From: Nitrospina sp. UBA6727
Lineage (GTDB): Bacteria > Nitrospinota > Nitrospinia > Nitrospinales > VA-1
Length of the DNA stretch: 64,000 nt
Direction: 5' to 3'
Assembly: GCA_002454045.1 (NCBI GenBank)
Contig: DKID01000015.1
Coordinates: forward strand, 15,118 to 79,117
The position numbers and the translations under genes are program-made. Below are positions 52,999 to 63,701 of this stretch, piece after piece (the stretch's first letter is position 1; the number at the start of each line of letters is the position of its first letter). Below the pieces are notes generated by a model. That model made no database searches and was not told where the DNA came from. It saw nothing but the letters and a program-made list of their open reading frames with translations.

Positions 52999-54494
52999 AA
53001 AAATCCTCGTTGCATATTCTACCCGACAGAAACACGTTTGATCGATTGGCGGCAACCTCGCCGCGTGTCCCTGTTTGTGGTCAGCAAAAAATTCCTGGCT
53101 GCGACTTATCTAAATTGTTTCAAAAACTTTTGTTGAACACCGAGAATTCCTTCTTGTTTGAAAGCGGGAAGGGGCCGAAAGAGACCGCCCGTTATTCCTT
53201 GATGGGCAATGCTAACTCTAAAATTTTAGAGATCAAAGGGCAACAGGCGAGATTGTTTCACAAAGGCGTGTTGGTGTCGGAATGGGATCAACCTGAGTCG
53301 GCTCTGCACTTGCTAAACTTTGAAGACAACGTCCGGCAAGTGGATTACCTCCCTCACTTTTGGGGGGGATGGGTGGGGTTCATCGGTTACGAAGCCAGCG
53401 CATGGTTCGAATCTTTGCCCGTTAAGAAATCCCCCGAAAGCAATTTGCCCGATCTTTTGTTCATGGAAATAGAACAGTTGTTTTTGTATGATCATTTAAC
53501 CGCGGAGTTGAAATTTATTCTTTCTCCAAAAATAGAGGAAACGGGCCGTCACTATGATAATCTTTGCGAGGAAACCCGAAGAGTCTGGAAATATCTTTAT
53601 CGAATTTTGGAAGACACTAGCGAAAAATTAAATTCAGAAAACTCCGGCGCGGGATTGCGCCCCACATCTTCTAATCAGTTGCGGGCTAATTTGAGTCGGG
53701 TGGATTATATAGAGCGAGTGGAAAAGGCTAAAAATTATATCCGCGAAGGGGACATCTATCAGACCAACCTTGCGCAAAAATTTGAAATGCATTTTGAAGG
53801 TAACTCGTTCCAACTGTATAGAAAACTTGCGCAGGTAAACCCTTCTCCTTTTTCAGGATATTTAAACTTTCGAAACTTTTCATTAGTCAGTTCATCCCCG
53901 GAACGGTTGGTAAAAGTTCACGGGCACCGCGTTGAGACACGGCCTATCGCAGGCACCCGGCCCCGCGGGCACGAAGAGGAAGAAGACCGTGCGCTGTCGG
54001 CGGAATTATTGTCGAGCCCAAAAGAACGCGCCGAACATTTGATGCTGGTTGATTTAGAACGCAACGATTTAGGACGCATCTGTTGCGATGGGTCGGTGCG
54101 CGTTACCGATTTTATGTTGCTGGAAAAATATTCGCACGTTAGTCATATCGTCTCCAATATAACCGGAAACCTCGCCCGCGGAACTCGTGTTTATGATATT
54201 TTAAAATCCGTTTTTCCCGGGGGAACTATCACGGGCTGTCCAAAAATTCGCTGCATGGAAATTATTTCCGAGTTGGAACCAGTCGCGAGGGGCCCCTATT
54301 CTGGCTCATTCGGGTATATCGGATTTGGACCATACATGGATTTGAACATCATCATACGTTCCATAGTCGTCTGCGATAAGACGGCCGGTTTCCATGTGGG
54401 GGCGGGCATCGTCGCCGACTCTAATCCTCAAAAAGAATATCAGGAAACTTTAGACAAGGCCACGGCGATGATGCAGGCTTTGTCGCACCACTAG
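52995..54494 (+). CDS. pabB: aminodeoxychorismate synthase component I (chorismate-binding enzyme)
   Basis: GTG start overlaps the tolC-like stop (GTGA). Motifs: SSPERLV, RPIAGTRPRG, DLERNDLGR, PGGTITGCPK, RGPYSGSFGY. It is adjacent to a class IV aminotransferase gene. Confidence 0.8.
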   Translation: MKKSSLHILPDRNTFDRLAATSPRVPVCGQQKIPGCDLSKLFQKLLLNTENSFLFESGKGPKETARYSLMGNANSKILEIKGQQARLFHKGVLVSEWDQPESALHLLNFEDNVRQVDYLPHFWGGWVGFIGYEASAWFESLPVKKSPESNLPDLLFMEIEQLFLYDHLTAELKFILSPKIEETGRHYDNLCEETRRVWKYLYRILEDTSEKLNSENSGAGLRPTSSNQLRANLSRVDYIERVEKAKNYIREGDIYQTNLAQKFEMHFEGNSFQLYRKLAQVNPSPFSGYLNFRNFSLVSSSPERLVKVHGHRVETRPIAGTRPRGHEEEEDRALSAELLSSPKERAEHLMLVDLERNDLGRICCDGSVRVTDFMLLEKYSHVSHIVSNITGNLARGTRVYDILKSVFPGGTITGCPKIRCMEIISELEPVARGPYSGSFGYIGFGPYMDLNIIIRSIVVCDKTAGFHVGAGIVADSNPQKEYQETLDKATAMMQALSHH

Positions 54495-54604
54495 TCGCGA
54501 AGGCAATCGGCAAGAACTCGTTAGTCGAGAAGAGCAGTTGCTTGTTGCCGCGATGAAAAGTATTGCAAGTCATAAGCGGAAGTTTTCCGCAGATTGAGGA
54601 AGGT

Positions 54605-55471
54605 ATGCAAGATTCTATTGTTTATTTGAACGGACTATTCACCCCTCTTGAAAACGCAAAAGTTTCCGTGTTGGACCGTGGCTTCTGTTATGGAGACGGT
54701 CTGTTTGAAACTCTGCGCGTCCACAATGAAAAAGTTTTTAGAGTTGATCAACATATCCAAAGGCTGTTCAGTTCCCTGCCCCTGATTTTTCTTGATTTGC
54801 CCATGACGCCGGGAGAGGTAAAAGCGATGATGCAAGAAACATTGTCCCGGAACAAATATAAAAACGCGATCATCAGATTGACGGTCACCCGCGGTATCGG
54901 TTCGGAAAATTTTCAGATAGACGCCGAGGTTCCCCCCACCATCGTGGTTCATGTAAGACCTCATCATCCATTGCCCAAAGTTGTATATAATAAAGGAGTT
55001 CAGATTACCTTATTGACCATGAGAGCGCCGGGTTTGCCGAGTATGAAACAGGGATTGAAGACCTGTAACTTTCTTTCAAATGTTCTCGTCCGAGAAATTT
55101 CTACGCAGAAGGGAAGTATGGAAGGTGTGATCGTCGACCCGGATCTCGGCGTGACGGAAGGGGCGACCAGCAACTTGTTTATCGCAAAGCGTGGCGTGCT
55201 TAAAACTCCCGCCGTGAACAATTTGGTGGTGGAAGGAATCACCCGTCAAGTCGCTCTCGAAATCGCAAGAAATCATAAAATCCCCGTGGAAGAAGGCTTG
55301 CTGATGCCAGAAGATATTCTGTCCGCCGATGAAGTATTCATTACCAGTTCCGGGATTGATATCGTTCCCGTGACTCGTGTGGACAACACATCTATTGGCA
55401 ATAAAAGCCCCGGCATCCTGACCCGCTTTTTGCAGGGCGAACTTTTGAAATGCATTGAAGAGACCCGCTAG
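54605..55471 (+). CDS. pabC: class IV aminotransferase (aminodeoxychorismate lyase / branched-chain type)
   Basis: The ATG at 54605 follows GAGGAAGG, giving 288 aa. Motifs: DRGFCYGDGLFETLR and EGATSNLF. It follows pabB. Confidence 0.7.
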   Translation: MQDSIVYLNGLFTPLENAKVSVLDRGFCYGDGLFETLRVHNEKVFRVDQHIQRLFSSLPLIFLDLPMTPGEVKAMMQETLSRNKYKNAIIRLTVTRGIGSENFQIDAEVPPTIVVHVRPHHPLPKVVYNKGVQITLLTMRAPGLPSMKQGLKTCNFLSNVLVREISTQKGSMEGVIVDPDLGVTEGATSNLFIAKRGVLKTPAVNNLVVEGITRQVALEIARNHKIPVEEGLLMPEDILSADEVFITSSGIDIVPVTRVDNTSIGNKSPGILTRFLQGELLKCIEETR

Positions 55472-55507
55472 ACACGGTAATTTTTGTCCTATTTTTTCGA
55501 CATTACC

Positions 55508-55948
55508 ATGAGCCGACAAAACCGTTTTCACGATAACGCTTCTGGGATGATTACCGACACCAAACACAAAAAGTATTGGCTTCCCAAAGATTCGTGGGGA
55601 GACTTGGGGCAGTGGAGAAACTTTGACGAAGCACTGGGATATGTTCAGATGATGAATCAGGTTTATGCGGGAGGGTTCAGCGACTGGCGACTCCCGAGCC
55701 GGGAAGAGGCCGAGAGCTTATACGATCTAGAATTGAGTCAAAAAGATTGGGACGAAGAAATTGTCTGCATCGATTCATTGTTTGTTACCGGATGCGCTCA
55801 CTTCATGTGGACCAGCGAAACGAATGACAATCACGAAGTCTGTCGCATCAACATCAGAAACGGCGAAGTGGAATGGGTCGACCGCAACATCCGCGACCAT
55901 CAGTCGACAAGATTGGTGCGCAATATCAAATCCCACCAAGCGCAGTAA
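55508..55948 (+). CDS. DUF1566 (Lcl C-terminal-like) domain protein, no signal peptide
   Basis: 146 aa. Motifs: YWLPKDSW, WRNFDEALGYV, GFSDWRLPSREEAESLY, C-terminal TRLVRN. Its N-terminus is collinear with the paralogue at 45750-46175 (RFHDN vs RFRDN at the same offset). Confidence 0.65.
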   Translation: MSRQNRFHDNASGMITDTKHKKYWLPKDSWGDLGQWRNFDEALGYVQMMNQVYAGGFSDWRLPSREEAESLYDLELSQKDWDEEIVCIDSLFVTGCAHFMWTSETNDNHEVCRINIRNGEVEWVDRNIRDHQSTRLVRNIKSHQAQ

Positions 55949-56051
55949 AAACGGAGCATCGAAGCTAATCAAGAATGGCTGCGGGGAGCACGTTGTTTCT
56001 TGCGGCTATATTTTCGGTGACCATTAGAATTAAGTTGTCAGGTGCTTGATA

Positions 56052-56720
56052 ATGATTTACGCCGTAGGAATTGGGCCGGGTGACCCGGACATGCTTCCTC
56101 ACAAGACCGTCTTACTGTTAAGAGAGGCGGATGTTATTTCCGGATTTGATACGGTTTTAAGTTTGGCTGAAAAACATTTTAATCCCAACGCGACTTTAAT
56201 ATCGATGGGATATAAAGACCAGTGCGAAAAACTTGAGCAGGTAGGAAAATATTCCAGGGAAGAAAAAAAGTGTGTGGTTTGTTTTATGGGTGATGTGAAT
56301 TTTTCCGGGTATGAGTATCTTGAAAGAATCAACAATAGTTGTCACGAACCAAACCCCATTATCATCCCCGGAATTAGTTCCGCCCAGATAGCAGCATCTA
56401 AAACTTTGACGGCGTTTGAAGCAAGCGTGTTTCTGACATTTCATAAACGCGGGGATATTTCTAAAGACAAAGAATTTTTAGTTGCCGCATTAAAGCTAGG
56501 CAAAGCCGCAATCATCATCCCCTTGCCATGGGATTTTATGCCGGCGGAGATCAGCCGCTACCTGATTGAGCGAGGGATACCTCCAAAAACAAAAGTAAAT
56601 ATTTTTGAACATCTGACATGGCCAGAAGAAAAGACTTATCATCGGACGTTGAAAACTTGCAAAGAAAAATTTTCCGATGTTTCCATAATGGTTATTTCGT
56701 CCATAGACAGCCAGTTATAA
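56052..56720 (+). CDS. cbiE: tetrapyrrole methylase family protein, CbiE-like (cobalt-precorrin-7 / precorrin-6Y C5-methyltransferase)
   Basis: 222 aa. IYAVGIGPGDPDMLP N-terminus of class III SAM methyltransferases, about 200-aa size, and its position in the cob cluster. The exact specificity is uncertain. Confidence 0.55.
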   Translation: MIYAVGIGPGDPDMLPHKTVLLLREADVISGFDTVLSLAEKHFNPNATLISMGYKDQCEKLEQVGKYSREEKKCVVCFMGDVNFSGYEYLERINNSCHEPNPIIIPGISSAQIAASKTLTAFEASVFLTFHKRGDISKDKEFLVAALKLGKAAIIIPLPWDFMPAEISRYLIERGIPPKTKVNIFEHLTWPEEKTYHRTLKTCKEKFSDVSIMVISSIDSQL

Positions 56721-56741
56721 TTCCAAGATGGTGAAACTATC

Positions 56742-58517
56742 ATGACCACTCCCTGTTTTCCGTTTTCTGCAATTGTTGGTCAGGAAAAATTGAAAGAGGC
56801 TCTAATCCTAAACGCCATCAATCCGTCCATCGGCGGGGTTCTGATATTTGGACAAAAGGGAACGGCGAAATCAACCGCCGTCCGAGGATTAAAAAATATA
56901 CTGGAAATGAATCCTTCGAAAAAAAATGTTCCGTTGGTGGAACTTCCCTTATCAGCAACTGAGGAAATGATCATAGGAACCATAGACATACCCGACACCT
57001 TGAAAACCGAAAAAATTCAAATCAAACACGGTCTGCTACACAAAGCAAATAACGGAATTATCTATATCGATGAAGTTAATTTATTGGAGGACCATCTGGT
57101 CGATGTCATTCTTGATGCCGCCGCGATGGGGGTCAATCGAATTGAAAGAGAAGGAATCAGCCACGAGCACCCCGCGAATTTTATACTCGCGGGAACCATG
57201 AATCCCGAAGAAGGAGAATTGCGCCCGCAACTATTGGATCGATTTGGAATATCTGCAAAGATGACCACCGAAACGGAAAAGGATGTCAGAAAAGAAATTG
57301 TTCGTCGGAGGTTGGAATGGGAGGATGGAGGACAAAAATTTTTAACCAAATGGCATCAAAAAGAACGTGATATTTGTGAAGCAATTGAGAAAGCCAAGCA
57401 ACTTCTGCCCAAGGTTGTGTTGAGCGAAAAATATTTGGAGTTGGCGATAAACATTGCGTTGCAGGCTAATGTGGAAGGCCACCGGGCGGATATCATTATT
57501 TCCAAAACAGCCAAAACCTTAGCGGCGCTCGCAGGAAGATTGAAGGTAAATGAAGGAGATATATTTCGTGCCGCCGAGTATGCGCTGAATCACCGTACGG
57601 ATTCCATTCCCACCCCTCCCCCGAATAATACATCGGATCATCAGACAAAAAATTCGAACGAAGATAAAACCCGAGAAACTCGGTCCGGGAATAAATCACA
57701 ATCTTTCCAGACGGAACAATCACCAGCGGCGCAAAAATTTAAAACTCTTGATATTATTACAAACGCCGCGCAAAACAATGTTCACGGGAAAACTTTAGGA
57801 AAAAACCAAAAGGGTCGGCGGGGCAAAGTGATTGGTTCAATGGATGCAAATACCCAGACCGCAAGCCTGTCGGAAATTGCCTTTTTCCCGACACTCTTAA
57901 AAGGGATCCGTAGAGGCAAAAAAAAACTTTCAGATATTGAGCCCAACGACCTCCGTTTTAAGCGGAGAGTTTCAGGCAAAAAAGAACTTCATGTGATTGT
58001 CGTGGATACCTCAGCGTCAATGGGAACCTTGCAGCGCCTTTCTTATGCGAAAGGTCTGATGCAAAGAATCCTTAAAAATGATTATCAAAAGAAAAATTAT
58101 GTGGCCGTCGTGGGAACCCATAGCGACCGTGCAAACGTGGTATTACAACCTACGCGAAACTTTACAAAGATTGCCGAAGTGATGGATTCCATCAAAGCAA
58201 AAGGGAAGACACCTTTGTTGCACGCAATTGATAGCGCCTTGCGTCTTGTTGAAAGTTTCCACAAACAAAACAAGTTCCTGACGAATTTACTCGTAGTTAT
58301 ATCCGACGGTAAATTAAATGTTCCTTTTCGGAAATCAGTAACTGAAGATTTAAATTGGCTGGGGAAACGCATCAAAAAACTCAGCCTGAATAATTTTATT
58401 GTGGATTCCAACCAAAAATTCAGCCGCTCCTTTCTACTGCAAAAAATGGTTCGTGTTTTTGACGGGCACTATATGGTCATGGAAGACACCCTTCTTCATG
58501 GAAAGATTTCTCTTTGA
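56742..58517 (+). CDS. chelatase AAA+ / von Willebrand A subunit (ChlI/ChlD-BchD type) partnering CobN
   Basis: 591 aa. Walker [10 protein letters not shown], Walker [11 protein letters not shown], a polar low-complexity linker (about residues 290-400), and a C-terminal vWA domain with the MIDAS motif VVDTSASM. Confidence 0.8.
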   Translation: MTTPCFPFSAIVGQEKLKEALILNAINPSIGGVLIFGQKGTAKSTAVRGLKNILEMNPSKKNVPLVELPLSATEEMIIGTIDIPDTLKTEKIQIKHGLLHKANNGIIYIDEVNLLEDHLVDVILDAAAMGVNRIEREGISHEHPANFILAGTMNPEEGELRPQLLDRFGISAKMTTETEKDVRKEIVRRRLEWEDGGQKFLTKWHQKERDICEAIEKAKQLLPKVVLSEKYLELAINIALQANVEGHRADIIISKTAKTLAALAGRLKVNEGDIFRAAEYALNHRTDSIPTPPPNNTSDHQTKNSNEDKTRETRSGNKSQSFQTEQSPAAQKFKTLDIITNAAQNNVHGKTLGKNQKGRRGKVIGSMDANTQTASLSEIAFFPTLLKGIRRGKKKLSDIEPNDLRFKRRVSGKKELHVIVVDTSASMGTLQRLSYAKGLMQRILKNDYQKKNYVAVVGTHSDRANVVLQPTRNFTKIAEVMDSIKAKGKTPLLHAIDSALRLVESFHKQNKFLTNLLVVISDGKLNVPFRKSVTEDLNWLGKRIKKLSLNNFIVDSNQKFSRSFLLQKMVRVFDGHYMVMEDTLLHGKISL

Positions 58518-58549
58518 ACCTACCCCTATAAACAGAGGTTCTTCAAGAT

Positions 58550-61500
58550 ATGGCAATATATTTTTTCGTGTCGGTTTCATCGGACTTCCATCTCTTCTCC
58601 GAAAATATCGAAGAGATTCGGGCTTTAGGAATCGAGGCCGAGGTCAACTATGTTTCGGATTTTTCCCGGCTCGAATCCAGGTTAAATTCAGATGATGTTG
58701 TAGTCGTAAGAAATTTTGGCGGACTTTCTTTTCAAGGCGATGTATTACGGCGAATCAATTCCGTTGCCAAAAAGAATCGAATCCCATTTCTCTGCCTCCC
58801 TAGTTTTAAGAACGATGATCCTTCCGTACTGTCGCTATCCACAGCCCCCCTCAATATTTGCAATCAACTCCTCGCCTACTACGAATCCTTTTCGTTCGAA
58901 AATCTGAGGGAATCTCTAAAATATTTGAGTGATCTATATCTTGGGACATCTTTGGGATGGTCTGAGCCTGAAACCTATCCTGAATTTGGCTTGCTTCCTG
59001 AATATGACGACTACATGGAAAAATTGAAATCGAAAAAATTGAAAAAGAAAATCATAGCTATTCTTTTTTACCGCTCCCATTTTTTGGCGAATGATTTTGA
59101 GCCTATCCAAATGACAATCGATGCCATTGAAAAATCTGGGTCCGTGGCTTTGCCGATATATTGCAGCATGATGAGGCGATCGAATGACGGTATTCATCCC
59201 GTTGAAATGATTCTAAAAAGTGATCAGGGTGAGTGTGTCGCGGACGTGGTGATCGACTGTTTGTCATACGCGACAGCGGATGTCTCCACCACCGGAAATG
59301 TGGCACGGGCTAACGAAAGTACAGAGAGTTTGTTCTCAAAATTAAACCGCCCCGTACTCCACGCTCTATACAGCTCAGAGTCCAAAGCAGATTGGCTCGA
59401 AAATCCTAAGGGGATGAATCCCCGCGACATGGCCATGAAAGTGGTCATGCCAGAATTTGACGGTAAAGTCATCGCTCATCCCATTGGGTTCGTGGAACAA
59501 GTTCAGAAAAAGGACAAGATGGTGCCTCTGTATGAAGGCGATTTCAAACGTATCGGCCGATTAGTTTCACTGGCCAACAACTATGCTGAATTAGCATCTA
59601 AAGAGAATAAGAATAAAAGGGTGGCAATTATCCTTACCAACTATCCCACGCAGAATGCTCGGATTGGTAACGCGGTAGGATTGGATACTCCGGCGTCGTT
59701 GATTCGAGTGCTTCGGGAACTGAAAAATAATGGATACGACGTAGAGAATATTCCGAGAACCGGCGATGATCTGATCCACTCTCTTATTAATCAGATTACC
59801 TACGACACCGAGTTTTTAACGGAAACCCAAATTGAGTCAGCCCCCGCGCAGGTGGAAGCAAAGGATTACAAAGTTTGGCACGAAGCATTCCCAGAAAAGA
59901 ATCAAGTGGAAATGGCAAAAGATTGGGGCCAGCCACCAGGTAATGTTTATACCCACCAAGGAAAATTTTATTTGCCGGGACTATTTTTCAACAATGTATT
60001 TGTCGGCATACAACCTCCTCGCGGGTTCGGCGAAAATCCCATCGCAATCTACCATAGCCCCGAGATTGTCCCCACTCATCATTACCTGGCTTTTTACCGT
60101 TGGCTGAAAGAAGAATTTAAAGCGGACGCGGTCATTCACATTGGGAAGCATGGGAACTTAGAATGGTTGCCGGGAAAATCGGTGGCACTCGCAGAAACCT
60201 GTTATCCAGACCTCGCCATTTACGACCTTCCCTTCTTTTATTATTTCATCATCAACAACCCGGGCGAAGGCTCGCAAGCAAAACGAAGGACGCATTCTGT
60301 GTTGATCGACCACATGGTTCCGCCCATGACAAGGGCGGATCTTTATGACGATCTAGCACGGATAGAACAACTGATTGAAGAATGGACGTACATTCAAAGT
60401 GTGAATCCGGAAAAGTTAGACATTGTGCAAAATCAGATATGGGAATTGTGCGAAGCCACCCACATCAATCACGATCTGGGATTTGAAGCGCCCCCAAAAG
60501 ATTTTAAAGAATATCGAAAAGCCATCAATGGATTTCTATGTGAAATTGGCAACACCCAAATTCGGGAGGGCCTTCATACATTAGGGGACATTCCCGACGG
60601 CGACCAACTCATTAATTTGCTCGTCAGTTTAGCCCGTGTCGACACCCCTCCCCATGTCGGGACACAATCTTGTTTCATGAAGGTTTGCGGTATAAACGAC
60701 ACTTCTTATTTTATCAATCAAGCCGACGGGTTAGATTGCAAAGTTCCCCAAGCCTTTTTAAAATTCTACGGGAAACCGATTGAGTGCCGGGGTGATTTGT
60801 TGCATATGTTCGACACTCTGTCCTTTGCAATTTTTGACCACTGCCTTAAAAATAATATCGACTCGGTCGCCATCATTGACGAACACATCAAATCTTTATT
60901 CGGTGTCCGAATTCCAGATCTATCCAGCACCGTCAATTTTATCTTAAAAGATATTTATCCAAAATTAAAACAAGTAGGCGACGAGATTACGCATCTCGTA
61001 GAAGCTCTAGATGGAAAATTTGTAAAGCCCGGGCCGTCGGGGTCACCCACAAGAGGGATGGCCACTATACTTCCGACTGGAAGGAATTTTTATTCTGTCG
61101 ATATTCATTCTCTTCCCACGACGACATCGTGGATTATGGGAAAAAAATTAGCGGACAGCCTCCTGACGAAGTATAAAATGGAATCCGGTAAGTTCCCCGA
61201 ATCCGTTGCGATGATTCTTTGGGGAACTTCTAATATGAGAACCAAAGGGGATGACATCGCACAAATCCTTTATCTGTTGGGAGTCAAACCGATATGGAAG
61301 CCAGAAAATAAAAGAGTCATCGGGGTAGAACCTATTCCGCTGGAGGAATTAAAACGACCCAGAGTTGATGTGTGCATTCGCATTAGCGGATTTTTCAGAG
61401 ATGCTTTTCCAAACTTGGTAGAGTTGATAGATCAAGCCATAAATTTAGTTGCCAAGCTTGAAGAACCCGCGGCAATGAATTTTGTAAGAAAACATCATCT

Positions 61501-62257
61501 GGACTCCTGCTCCGATAATATCTTTCGTATTTTTGGATCCGCACCGGGAAGATACGGAACAGGAATCCTTGAAGTTATAAATTCAAAAAACTGGGAAACC
61601 AAACAAGATCTAGCTGATATCTTCGTAAATTGGAGCGGGTTTGCCTACACACAAAATGAATACGGAATAGAAAAAAAAGAGGAGTTCAAACAGCAACTTT
61701 CCAAGATGGATATCGTATCCCAAAACCAAGACAACAGGGAACATGATATTTTTGATTCAGATGATTATTTCCAGTTTCACGGTGGCTTGATCAACGCCGT
61801 CAATCAAATCAAATCCAAACAAGGAAAGAGAAGGGTCAAGGAATATTTCGGCGACTCTTCAAATCCTGCCGCGGTAAAAATTAAAAGTTTAAAGGAAGAA
61901 ACCCAGCAAGTATATCGTGCCCGAGTTGTAAATCCAAAATGGATTAACGCCATGAAACAACATGGCTATAAAGGAGGACTGGAAATGGCCGCCACCCTCG
62001 ATTATATGTTCGGCTATGACGCGACAACAGGTGTTGTTGACGACCACATGTATGAAGGTGTTGCCGAAAAATATCTGATGGATCCCGATACCCAGGAGTT
62101 CTTGAAAGAAAAAAATCCCTGGGCCATCAGGGCAATGGGGGAACGATTACTTGAAGCAGCAAACCGAGGTTTATGGGAAAACCCGGACCAAAATCAATTG
62201 CTGGATATTGAATCTCTTGTTGCCTCCGTGGAAGGAGATATTGAAAAAGATCTTTGA
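58550..62257 (+). CDS. cobN: cobaltochelatase large subunit CobN
   Basis: 1235 aa, a length and composition typical of the CobN/BchH family. Recognisable stretches are HIGKHGNLEWLPGK and ILPTGRNFYS. It lies between the AAA+/vWA subunit gene and cbiA. Confidence 0.9.
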   Translation: MAIYFFVSVSSDFHLFSENIEEIRALGIEAEVNYVSDFSRLESRLNSDDVVVVRNFGGLSFQGDVLRRINSVAKKNRIPFLCLPSFKNDDPSVLSLSTAPLNICNQLLAYYESFSFENLRESLKYLSDLYLGTSLGWSEPETYPEFGLLPEYDDYMEKLKSKKLKKKIIAILFYRSHFLANDFEPIQMTIDAIEKSGSVALPIYCSMMRRSNDGIHPVEMILKSDQGECVADVVIDCLSYATADVSTTGNVARANESTESLFSKLNRPVLHALYSSESKADWLENPKGMNPRDMAMKVVMPEFDGKVIAHPIGFVEQVQKKDKMVPLYEGDFKRIGRLVSLANNYAELASKENKNKRVAIILTNYPTQNARIGNAVGLDTPASLIRVLRELKNNGYDVENIPRTGDDLIHSLINQITYDTEFLTETQIESAPAQVEAKDYKVWHEAFPEKNQVEMAKDWGQPPGNVYTHQGKFYLPGLFFNNVFVGIQPPRGFGENPIAIYHSPEIVPTHHYLAFYRWLKEEFKADAVIHIGKHGNLEWLPGKSVALAETCYPDLAIYDLPFFYYFIINNPGEGSQAKRRTHSVLIDHMVPPMTRADLYDDLARIEQLIEEWTYIQSVNPEKLDIVQNQIWELCEATHINHDLGFEAPPKDFKEYRKAINGFLCEIGNTQIREGLHTLGDIPDGDQLINLLVSLARVDTPPHVGTQSCFMKVCGINDTSYFINQADGLDCKVPQAFLKFYGKPIECRGDLLHMFDTLSFAIFDHCLKNNIDSVAIIDEHIKSLFGVRIPDLSSTVNFILKDIYPKLKQVGDEITHLVEALDGKFVKPGPSGSPTRGMATILPTGRNFYSVDIHSLPTTTSWIMGKKLADSLLTKYKMESGKFPESVAMILWGTSNMRTKGDDIAQILYLLGVKPIWKPENKRVIGVEPIPLEELKRPRVDVCIRISGFFRDAFPNLVELIDQAINLVAKLEEPAAMNFVRKHHLDSCSDNIFRIFGSAPGRYGTGILEVINSKNWETKQDLADIFVNWSGFAYTQNEYGIEKKEEFKQQLSKMDIVSQNQDNREHDIFDSDDYFQFHGGLINAVNQIKSKQGKRRVKEYFGDSSNPAAVKIKSLKEETQQVYRARVVNPKWINAMKQHGYKGGLEMAATLDYMFGYDATTGVVDDHMYEGVAEKYLMDPDTQEFLKEKNPWAIRAMGERLLEAANRGLWENPDQNQLLDIESLVASVEGDIEKDL

Positions 62258-62315
62258 TTAAACTTTTCACGGAACTACTTTTTTTGCTTTCTTAATCTTC
62301 AGAACACTCAATAAT

Positions 62316-63701
62316 TTGCGCAACGAATCCAAATCCCTTCCAGGCATAGTTATAGCTGGAACCCATAGCTCGGTTGGAAAATCCTCAGTCGCCATCGGTT
62401 TTATGCGACTGCTAAAAAAAAGAGGCTGGAAAATAAAACCCTTCAAAGTGGGGCCGGACTACATTGACCCCAGCCATCATAAAAGAGCGTGCGGTCAGCC
62501 GAGCTATAATCTGGACACGGTCATGTGCACCAAAAATTATGTCAAGAATTTGTTCCGTGACATTATGTGTGCAGGTGACCTCGCCATCATTGAAGGAGTC
62601 ATGGGTTTGCATGACGGTGCGTTGCCAAAATCCGAAAAAGGCTCTACAGCGGAAATTGCCAAATTGCTCAACCTCCCCGTTTTGCTTGTCATTGACGGCA
62701 GGACCATGTCCCGGTCTTCAGCAGCTTTGGTTCTAGGGTTCATGAAACTGGACCCAAAATTAAATCTCAAGGGTGTCATTGCCAACAACATCAGCAGCGC
62801 GCGCCACGCGAACATCATAAAGAATGCAGTTGAATACTACACTCCCGCAAAACTTCTTGCCTGCCTGCCAACATCCCCTGAGTTAAGCATACCCAGCCGT
62901 CATCTTGGACTACAACAAAGCTTTGAACAAGAAGATGATATTTATCTGAGATGGGAAAAACATATCGAATCCTACATAGATTTGAAAATTTTTTTAAAAC
63001 TTTTTAAATTAAAAAAACCTTTGCCGCCTGTTTCCTCCGCGAAACAAAAGCCAAAACGCTGGGGAATAAAGGAACGGTCTCGCTCATACAATATCGCCAT
63101 AGCAAAAGACGAGGCGTTTCAGTTTATCTATCAGGACACACTGGATTTTTTAGACCACCATGGTTGCAACATTTTCTTTTTTTCGCCACTCCACGATGCT
63201 CACTTACCGCCCAATATGGATGGCTATTATTTCCCTGGTGGTTATCCAGAATTACACGCTGAAGCCTTAAGCAAAAATTACACGGTTCTAAAGGAAGTAA
63301 AAAAGGCGGGCTCAGTCGGAAAAATGATCATAGGAGAATGCGGCGGACTTATGTATTTAGGAAAACATATTACCAACTCGCGGGGGAAAAAGTTTCCTAT
63401 GGCCGGACTATTCAACTTCGCCACATCCATTAAAACTAAAAACTTAACCCTGGGTTATCGGAAACTAAGGCCGGCTAAAATCTCGGATAGGAATAAAAAT
63501 ATAATCTTGCGCGGTCACGAATTCCACTATTCAAATTTTACAGTTAACAGTGAACATACAAGATGGAATAATAGCCGCCGCAAGAAAGACGTGATTTTGA
63601 AAGACGGGTATCGCACAAAAAACTGCCACTCTTTTTATATGCATATTTACTGGGCATGCAATAAAAAATGGCTGAATTATTTGACGAGCTCGCAGTTATG
63701 A
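62316..63701 (+). CDS. cbiA: cobyrinate a,c-diamide synthase
   Basis: TTG start, 461 aa. P-loop AGTHSSVGKS, and a C-terminal glutamine amidotransferase domain with ECGGLMYL. Confidence 0.9.
   Translation: MRNESKSLPGIVIAGTHSSVGKSSVAIGFMRLLKKRGWKIKPFKVGPDYIDPSHHKRACGQPSYNLDTVMCTKNYVKNLFRDIMCAGDLAIIEGVMGLHDGALPKSEKGSTAEIAKLLNLPVLLVIDGRTMSRSSAALVLGFMKLDPKLNLKGVIANNISSARHANIIKNAVEYYTPAKLLACLPTSPELSIPSRHLGLQQSFEQEDDIYLRWEKHIESYIDLKIFLKLFKLKKPLPPVSSAKQKPKRWGIKERSRSYNIAIAKDEAFQFIYQDTLDFLDHHGCNIFFFSPLHDAHLPPNMDGYYFPGGYPELHAEALSKNYTVLKEVKKAGSVGKMIIGECGGLMYLGKHITNSRGKKFPMAGLFNFATSIKTKNLTLGYRKLRPAKISDRNKNIILRGHEFHYSNFTVNSEHTRWNNSRRKKDVILKDGYRTKNCHSFYMHIYWACNKKWLNYLTSSQL

Noticed and set aside
55949-56051. 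Cobalamin riboswitch upstream of the cob cluster.
   Set aside because: The spacer is only about 100 nt, shorter than a typical cobalamin riboswitch, and no B12-box-like sequence was seen.
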